Shown piece by piece: positions 58,021 to 64,000 of a stretch of 64,000 nucleotides of DNA. Source of the stretch: an uncultured Lachnospiraceae bacterium. GTDB lineage: Bacteria; Bacillota; Clostridia; Oscillospirales; CAG-272. A program made the position numbers and the translations under genes. How positions within the stretch are numbered: position 1 is the first letter of the stretch; each line of letters begins with the position of its first letter. The notes below the pieces were generated by a model. That model was given only the letters and a program-made list of their open reading frames with translations, was not told the DNA's origin and made no database searches. Location: positions 12,871 to 76,870 of the forward strand of contig CAYQEY010000001.1 of assembly GCA_964416635.1 (NCBI GenBank), in the 5' to 3' direction.

Positions 58021-59604
58021 ATGTGTTCGATTATGGGTTATTGTGGAAGCGGCGTCACCCTTGCGTCGTTTTCAGAGTCATTTGACAAAACCGTGTCCAG
58101 AGGACCTGATGACACGAAAATTATTGATACGGGAAAGGGCTTGATGGGATTTCACCGCTTGGCTATAATGGGTCTTACGCCTTCGGGAATGCAACCCTTT
58201 GAGCTTGACGGAAGCTATGTGGTTTGTAACGGAGAGATATACGGATTTGAAAAGATCCGCGATGACCTCATCCAAAAAGGCTATACTTTCGAAAGCGACA
58301 GCGACTGCGAGACCTTGCTTCCCATGTATAAAGAGTACGGAACCGATATGTTCGCGATGCTCGATGCCGAATATGCCCTGATTATTTATGACGGAGAAAA
58401 GCAAGAATATATTGCCGCAAGAGATCCCATAGGTATCAGACCCCTTTATTACGGTTACGATAAAGACGGTGTGATTATCTTTGCGAGCGAAGCGAAAAAC
58501 CTTATAAAGCTTACAGATAAGATCATGCCATTCCCACCCGGACACTATTACAAGGATGGGAAATTTGTGCGCTATTCGGATATTGCGGCTGTAGACGAAT
58601 ATTCGAGGGACGATCTCGAGACAGTTTGCAGGAAAATTCACGACAAATTGGTCTGCGGAGTCGAAAAAAGACTGGTTGCAGATGCCAAGGTCGGATTTCT
58701 TCTTTCGGGCGGACTTGATTCTTCGCTGGTTTGTGCGATCGCGCAAAAAAAGAGCAAGACTCCCATCAGAACTTTTGCAATCGGTATGAGTGAGGATGCC
58801 ATTGACCTCAAGTACGCAAAGCAGGTCGCCGATTATATAGGCAGCGTTCACACCGAGATCTACATGACGCCCGACGAAGTTATTTCTTCGCTTGAAGGGG
58901 TGATAGAAATGCTCGGTACGTTTGATATCACCACGATACGTGCAAGTATGGGAATGTATCTTATCTGCAAGGCAATTCACGAGCAGACAGATATCCGTGT
59001 GCTTTTGACGGGTGAGATATCCGACGAGCTGTTCGGTTATAAATATACCGATTTTGCTCCGAGTGCCGAAGAATTTCAAAAAGAATCTCAAAAGAGGATA
59101 CGCGAGCTTCATATGTACGACGTGCTTCGCGCCGACCGCTGTATTTCGGTAAACTCTCTTGAGGCAAGAGTTCCGTTCGGAGATCTTGATTTTGTCAAAT
59201 ACGTAATGAGCATAGATCCCGAGCTTAAGATTAATAAATACGGAAAAGGAAAGTATCTGTTGCGTCACGCTTTTGAAGAGGGTGATTATCTTCCCGAATC
59301 TATTTTGTGGCGTGAAAAGGCTGCTTTCTCGGACGCCGTCGGACACTCTATGGTAGACTATTTGAAGGAATACGCCGAAACTGAATACACCGATGCTGAT
59401 TTTGAAGAAAAATGTAAAAAATATACCCACGCAACGCCTTTTACAAAGGAATCTCTGCTTTATCGCGAGATATTCGAAAAATACTATCCCGGTCAGTCCG
59501 AGATGATAGTTGATTTCTGGATGCCCAACAAGGAATGGGACGGTTGTAATGTAAATGATCCGTCTGCTCGTGTGCTTTCAAACTACGGAGCAAGCGGTCA
59601 ATAA
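58021..59604 (+). CDS. asnB: Asparagine synthetase (glutamine-hydrolysing)
   Basis: N-terminal MCSIMGY (Cys2 nucleophile) and the SGGLDSS PP-loop. Confidence 0.95.
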   Translation: MCSIMGYCGSGVTLASFSESFDKTVSRGPDDTKIIDTGKGLMGFHRLAIMGLTPSGMQPFELDGSYVVCNGEIYGFEKIRDDLIQKGYTFESDSDCETLLPMYKEYGTDMFAMLDAEYALIIYDGEKQEYIAARDPIGIRPLYYGYDKDGVIIFASEAKNLIKLTDKIMPFPPGHYYKDGKFVRYSDIAAVDEYSRDDLETVCRKIHDKLVCGVEKRLVADAKVGFLLSGGLDSSLVCAIAQKKSKTPIRTFAIGMSEDAIDLKYAKQVADYIGSVHTEIYMTPDEVISSLEGVIEMLGTFDITTIRASMGMYLICKAIHEQTDIRVLLTGEISDELFGYKYTDFAPSAEEFQKESQKRIRELHMYDVLRADRCISVNSLEARVPFGDLDFVKYVMSIDPELKINKYGKGKYLLRHAFEEGDYLPESILWREKAAFSDAVGHSMVDYLKEYAETEYTDADFEEKCKKYTHATPFTKESLLYREIFEKYYPGQSEMIVDFWMPNKEWDGCNVNDPSARVLSNYGASGQ

Positions 59605-59628
59605 TATAATAAAATAGAGGTATAAAAT

Positions 59629-60342
59629 ATGGAAAAAAGAGCGCAACTTTATGAAGGGAAGGCAAAAAAGGTCTATTTGACCGATGACCCCGAGCTTCTG
59701 ATCGTATCCTACAAGGACGATGCAACTGCTTTCAACGGTCTTAAAAAGGGAACTATCTCAGGCAAGGGCGTTATCAACAACAGGATGAGCAATCTGCTTA
59801 TGCAGAAGCTTGAAAAATCCGGCGTTCCCACGCATTTCGTGAAGGAGCTGGGTGAGAGAGATACACTCGTAAAGAGGGTTTCCATCGTACCGCTTGAGGT
59901 AATTATCAGAAACATCGCAGCAGGCTCATTCTCAAAGAGATACGGTGTAGAGGAGGGTGTCGTATTCGATTCTCCCACGATTGAGTTCTCATATAAGAAT
60001 GACGATCTGGGAGACCCGCTTTTGAACGATTATCACGCTCTTGCACTTCGTCTTGCGACACACGAGGAGATAGAGCTTATCAAAAAGTACTCATTTGCGG
60101 TAAACGATTATTTAAAGAAATTCTGGAGCGAGTGCGGAGTAACTCTCGTTGATTTCAAACTTGAATTCGGAAGACTCTCGGACGGAACCATCGTATTGGC
60201 GGATGAGATCAGTCCCGATACCTGCCGCCTTTGGGACAGCAAATCAGGTGAAAAGCTAGATAAGGACCGTTTCCGCCGCGATATGGGCGGAGTAGAGGAA
60301 GCCTACGCCGAAATAATGAAGCGTTTGAGCGACCATATATAA
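59629..60342 (+). CDS. purC: SAICAR synthetase
   Basis: [10 protein letters not shown]...[11 protein letters not shown]...[14 protein letters not shown]. Confidence 0.95.
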   Translation: MEKRAQLYEGKAKKVYLTDDPELLIVSYKDDATAFNGLKKGTISGKGVINNRMSNLLMQKLEKSGVPTHFVKELGERDTLVKRVSIVPLEVIIRNIAAGSFSKRYGVEEGVVFDSPTIEFSYKNDDLGDPLLNDYHALALRLATHEEIELIKKYSFAVNDYLKKFWSECGVTLVDFKLEFGRLSDGTIVLADEISPDTCRLWDSKSGEKLDKDRFRRDMGGVEEAYAEIMKRLSDHI

Positions 60343-60368
60343 ATAACATTTTGGGAAGGTAAAATTAT

Positions 60369-61646
60369 ATGTCAAACTGTGCAATTGTCGGAATTAACTG
60401 GGGTGATGAAGGAAAGGGAAGAATGGTAGATCTTCTCACCTCGAATTATGACGTGGTCGTTCGCTTTCAGGGCGGCGGCAACGCAGGTCACACCGTTATC
60501 AACGAATACGGAAAGTTCGCACTGCATCTGCTTCCCTCGGGAATATTCAGAAGCGGTGTTGTAAACATACTCGGAAACGGCGTGGCGCTCGATCCCGAAA
60601 ACCTTTGGATTGAAATGAACGATGTCATGGCAAAAGGCGTGACGCTCACACCCGATAATCTTAAGATCAGCGACCGTGCGTCTCTCTTGCTTCCTTGGCA
60701 CCGAGATCTCGATTCTTTGGAAGAGGCAAGGCTTGCTGACAAGAAATACGGTTCCACTAAGCAGGGAATTGCCCCATTCTATTCGGATAAGTACCAGAAG
60801 AAAACAGTTCTCGCGGGAGAGCTTTTCTATCCGGATGAAATAAGAGCACATCTTGCCGATCTGCTTGAGTGGAAAAATCTCACCTTGACCAAGGTCTACG
60901 GCGCAGAGCCGTACACCATGGAAATGCTCGAAGAGTGGCTTAACGATGCCTGCGAAAAGATAAAGCCTTATGTTTGCGATACCGGTGCATTTTTGAAGGA
61001 TGCACAGGCATCGGGCAAGAATATTCTTTTTGAGACACAGCTTGGATCTTTGCGCGATCTTGATTACGGAATTTATCCGTATACCACTTCTTCAAATACA
61101 ATGGCGGCATACGCTCCCATCGGCTCCGGTCTGCCCTCTGCAAAGATAGAGGACGTTATAGGAGTTGTAAAGGCGTATTCTACGTGTGTTGGAGAAGGAC
61201 CCTTTGTTTGTGAAATGTTCGGAACCGAGGCAGAGGAGCTCCGCAAAGCCGGATTTGAATACGGTGCAAAGACCGGAAGACCTCGCCGCGTAGGTCCTAT
61301 AGATATAGTTGCCACCCGATACGGTGTAGAAGTACAGGCGGCAACCTCGATCGCCCTTACAAAGCTTGACGTTCTCTCTTATATGGACAAGATCCCGGTA
61401 TGTACAAAGTACATAGTGGACGGTAAAGAGACCGACAGCTTTCCGTTTCCGCTTTTGCTCAATAAGGCACAGCCTAAGATAGAGTATTTCGAGGGTTGGA
61501 AATGCGACATCAGCGGAGTTCGCACCTGGGACGAGCTTCCCAAGGCGGCACAGGATTATGTTCTTTTTATAGAAAAAGCAATCGGATGTCCGATAGATTA
61601 CGTTTCGGTCGGACCGGAAAGAGACAGCTTGATCTTCAGAAAATGA
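60369..61646 (+). CDS. purA: Adenylosuccinate synthetase
   Basis: GINWGDEGKGRMVD, GGGNAGHTV, GSTKQGIAP, GAKTGRPRR. Confidence 0.95.
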   Translation: MSNCAIVGINWGDEGKGRMVDLLTSNYDVVVRFQGGGNAGHTVINEYGKFALHLLPSGIFRSGVVNILGNGVALDPENLWIEMNDVMAKGVTLTPDNLKISDRASLLLPWHRDLDSLEEARLADKKYGSTKQGIAPFYSDKYQKKTVLAGELFYPDEIRAHLADLLEWKNLTLTKVYGAEPYTMEMLEEWLNDACEKIKPYVCDTGAFLKDAQASGKNILFETQLGSLRDLDYGIYPYTTSSNTMAAYAPIGSGLPSAKIEDVIGVVKAYSTCVGEGPFVCEMFGTEAEELRKAGFEYGAKTGRPRRVGPIDIVATRYGVEVQAATSIALTKLDVLSYMDKIPVCTKYIVDGKETDSFPFPLLLNKAQPKIEYFEGWKCDISGVRTWDELPKAAQDYVLFIEKAIGCPIDYVSVGPERDSLIFRK

Positions 61647-61662
61647 TGTAAGGAGAATTGAT

Positions 61663-63078
61663 ATGACTAATAAATACGAATCCCCATTATCGTCACGCTA
61701 TGCGTCCGAATATATGCTTGATCTCTTCTCAAGTGATATGCGCTACAGCACTTGGCGCCGTCTTTGGGTATCCCTTGCAAAGGCTGAGCATGCCCTCGGT
61801 CTCCCCATTACAAAAGAGCAGATAGCAGAGCTTGAGGCGCATATTAACGATATTGACTACAATTGCGTTGCCGAGCGTGAGAAGCAGGTGAGACACGACG
61901 TTATGGCACACGTATACGCTTACGGCGTCGTTGCCCCCTCTGCGGCAGGTATCATACATCTCGGTGCCACGAGCTGCTACGTTACGGACAATGCAGATAT
62001 AATAATTTACAGGGACGCTCTGCACTATTTACGTGGAGAGCTGTTGTTGGTTTTAAAAAACCTTTCGGAATTTGCCGAAAAATACAAGGACTTGCCCACT
62101 CTCGGCTACACTCACTATCAGCCTGCTCAACTCGTAACGGTGGGCAAGAGAGCGACGTTGTGGATACAGGATTTTCTTTCTGATCTGAATGAGATAGATT
62201 TTGCCATTGAGAATATCAAGTTTCTCGGTTGTCGCGGCACGACCGGTACCGAGGCAAGCTTCGTTGAGCTGTTCGACGGCGACACATCAAAGATCGACGA
62301 GATGAACGCTTTGATATGCAAGGATTTCGGATTTGACGAGTGTTTCGATGTTGCGGGACAGACATATCCGAGAAAAACAGACTCGAGAATTTTGAATGCC
62401 TTGTCTTCTATAGGACAGAGTGCGTACAAGATGGCAAATGATATCCGTTTGCTTCAACATGACAGGCAGATAGAAGAGCCTTTTGAAAAAAATCAGATCG
62501 GTTCTTCGGCTATGGCGTACAAGCGCAACCCCATGAGAAGCGAGCGCATCTGCTCACTTTCACGTTACCTTATGGCAGATGCACTCAATGCGGCGATGAC
62601 GGCATCCACACAGTGGCTTGAAAGGACGCTTGACGACTCCGCAAACCGCCGTATCTCTCTCCCCGAAGCTTTCCTTTGCGCCGATGCGGTTCTGCGCCTT
62701 TGCCAAAACGTGACGTCGGGACTTCATGTAAACGAGAAAATCATAGAAAAGACTGTCAAGGAATATCTGCCCTTCATCGCAACCGAAAATCTTATGATGG
62801 AGGCTGTAAAGCGAGGCGGTAACAGACAGGAGATACATGAAATAATCCGTAAGTGCTCCATGGAAGCGACCGCGCAAATGAAGAACGGAGGAACGTGCGA
62901 CCTCACCTCGCGTCTTGCATCCGAAAGCACATTCGGCATGACAGAGGATGAAATAGACGCACTTCTCGAACCGTCAAAGTATATAGGCAGATGTCCCGAG
63001 CAGGTCGAGAGATTCCTTGCCAAGATTGCTCCTTTGATACGCGATGTCAGCGGAGACAGCGCCGACATCAACTTATAA
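61663..63078 (+). CDS. purB: Adenylosuccinate lyase
   Basis: SPLSSRYAS..., [15 protein letters not shown] signature. Confidence 0.95.
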   Translation: MTNKYESPLSSRYASEYMLDLFSSDMRYSTWRRLWVSLAKAEHALGLPITKEQIAELEAHINDIDYNCVAEREKQVRHDVMAHVYAYGVVAPSAAGIIHLGATSCYVTDNADIIIYRDALHYLRGELLLVLKNLSEFAEKYKDLPTLGYTHYQPAQLVTVGKRATLWIQDFLSDLNEIDFAIENIKFLGCRGTTGTEASFVELFDGDTSKIDEMNALICKDFGFDECFDVAGQTYPRKTDSRILNALSSIGQSAYKMANDIRLLQHDRQIEEPFEKNQIGSSAMAYKRNPMRSERICSLSRYLMADALNAAMTASTQWLERTLDDSANRRISLPEAFLCADAVLRLCQNVTSGLHVNEKIIEKTVKEYLPFIATENLMMEAVKRGGNRQEIHEIIRKCSMEATAQMKNGGTCDLTSRLASESTFGMTEDEIDALLEPSKYIGRCPEQVERFLAKIAPLIRDVSGDSADINL

Positions 63079-63088
63079 GGAGGCTTTA

Positions 63089-64000
63089 ATGGAAAAGATA
63101 CTTGTTTTGGATTTCGGCGGACAGTATAACCAATTGATAGCCCGTCGCGTGCGTGAACATCATGTTTATGCTGAGATCAAGCCTTACAATAAGATTACCG
63201 TTGAAGAGATCAAATCGTCAGGATATAAAGGAGTTATCTTCACCGGAGGCCCCAACAGCGTTTATGATGAGAAGTCTCCTCACTACGATCCCGCGATACT
63301 GAATATCGGTATTCCGATACTCGGTATCTGCTACGGAGATCAGCTGATGGCTTATATGGAGAGCGGCGTTATAACCTCTGCGGACAACAGCAGTGAGTAT
63401 GGAAAAACTCTCGTGCATACAAAGGAAAGCAAGCTTTTCTCGGGAGTACCCGAAGACAGCATCGTATGGATGAGCCATACCGATTTCATCAAAGAAGTGC
63501 CGAAAGGGTTTAAGATAATCGCTTTCACCGACAAATGTCCTTGCGCTGCCATGTGTGACGAGGAAAGACGTCTGTACGGCGTACAGTTTCATCCCGAGGT
63601 AACCCACAGCGAGTACGGAAGTCAGATGCTTTATAATTTTCTGTTCGACGTTTGCTGCTGCTCGGGAGATTGGACCATGGATGACTTCGTCAGTCGTTCG
63701 GTTGAAAAGTACAAGACCGAATTGGCAGGTAAAAAGGTGTTGCTTGCACTTTCGGGCGGTGTGGATTCTTCGGTCGTAGCGGTGCTTTTGCATAAGGCGA
63801 TCGGCAACGATCTGACCTGTGTGTTCGTCGACCACGGACTTTTGCGCAAGAATGAGGGAGATTTCGTTGAGCAGACCTTCAGGGGAATGTTCGGAATGAA
63901 CCTGATACGCGCCAATGTTGAAGACCGCTTTCTCTCAAAGCTTGAAGGAGTTACCGAGCCCGAGAAAAAGCGTAAGATCATCGGCGAGGAGTTTATCCGA
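63089..64000 (+). CDS. guaA: GMP synthase (glutamine-hydrolysing), N-terminal 304 codons, truncated by the window edge
   Basis: ATG at 63089 after [46 protein letters not shown]. Absent from the ORF track because no stop lies within the window. Confidence 0.9.
   Translation, partial: MEKILVLDFGGQYNQLIARRVREHHVYAEIKPYNKITVEEIKSSGYKGVIFTGGPNSVYDEKSPHYDPAILNIGIPILGICYGDQLMAYMESGVITSADNSSEYGKTLVHTKESKLFSGVPEDSIVWMSHTDFIKEVPKGFKIIAFTDKCPCAAMCDEERRLYGVQFHPEVTHSEYGSQMLYNFLFDVCCCSGDWTMDDFVSRSVEKYKTELAGKKVLLALSGGVDSSVVAVLLHKAIGNDLTCVFVDHGLLRKNEGDFVEQTFRGMFGMNLIRANVEDRFLSKLEGVTEPEKKRKIIGEEFIR

Noticed and set aside
58078-59430. Very long antisense ORFs opposite real genes. Examples: 450 aa opposite asnB, 387 aa at 12946-14109 opposite glgP, 386 aa at 49026-50186 opposite the FMN subunit, and 318 aa at 5366-6322 opposite glgB. 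They could be taken for overlapping genes.
   Set aside because: The three I checked (opposite asnB, glgP and the FMN subunit) are codon-aligned with the sense gene, with offsets of 57, 1296 and 150 nt, all multiples of 3. In that register, antisense stops correspond to sense TTA, CTA and TCA codons, which this genome appears to use rarely (by inspection, not counted). The translations are low-information, carry no motifs and lack an RBS. They are by-products of codon bias.

Overview
This is a chromosomal, mostly core region of a spore-forming Firmicute, probably Clostridia; that call is inferred from gene content and order only. I found no rRNA, tRNA, CRISPR array, integrase or phage block.

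Gene content from left to right:
- A kinase-like gene, then the conserved sporulation and cell-division cluster yabM-like flippase, mazG, hup, yabO, yabP, yabQ, divIC.
- A complete glycogen operon directly after it: glgB, glgC, glgD, glgA, glgP and a GH13 enzyme.
- tadA, a DUF815 ATPase and potABCD.
- A small accessory patch (22.7-29.4 kb): M50 protease, a LytTR regulator with a membrane partner, DUF4091, DUF1836, a disrupted RAYT-like HUH transposase with REP-like repeats, and an AT-rich orphan.
- spoIIR, a CPBP protease, 5-FCL, DJ-1, hisS, a MATE pump, a GldA / GldF-GldG-like ABC system, and nucleoside salvage genes (HD, deoD, deoB, cdd).
- pcrA.
- A dense nitrogen-assimilation block (44.9-59.6 kb): ANTAR regulator, compact GS, six-gene split archaeal-type glutamate synthase, gdhA, type III GS, an Amt-PII fusion, and T-box-controlled asnB.
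- purC, purA, purB, and guaA truncated by the window edge.

The most interesting signals:
1. A shared GCAAAGGCGT box lies on the 5' arm of a leader or inter-genic terminator hairpin in front of all three nitrogen transcription units, next to an ANTAR pseudo-receiver regulator.
2. The RAYT-like gene carries a perfect 26-bp inverted pair of its own REP-like hairpin inside the coding sequence, plus an in-frame TGA.
3. An Asn-type T-box upstream of asnB has a canonical antiterminator but no obvious terminator.
4. An Amt-PII fusion.
5. A promoter-to-terminator candidate sRNA lies in the pcrA/ANTAR convergent spacer.

I did not find a clear-cut wholly novel multi-gene system such as a defence island. 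The nitrogen antitermination regulon is the best candidate for something undescribed. Homology calls rest on motifs I recognised by eye in the translations; no database search was run.
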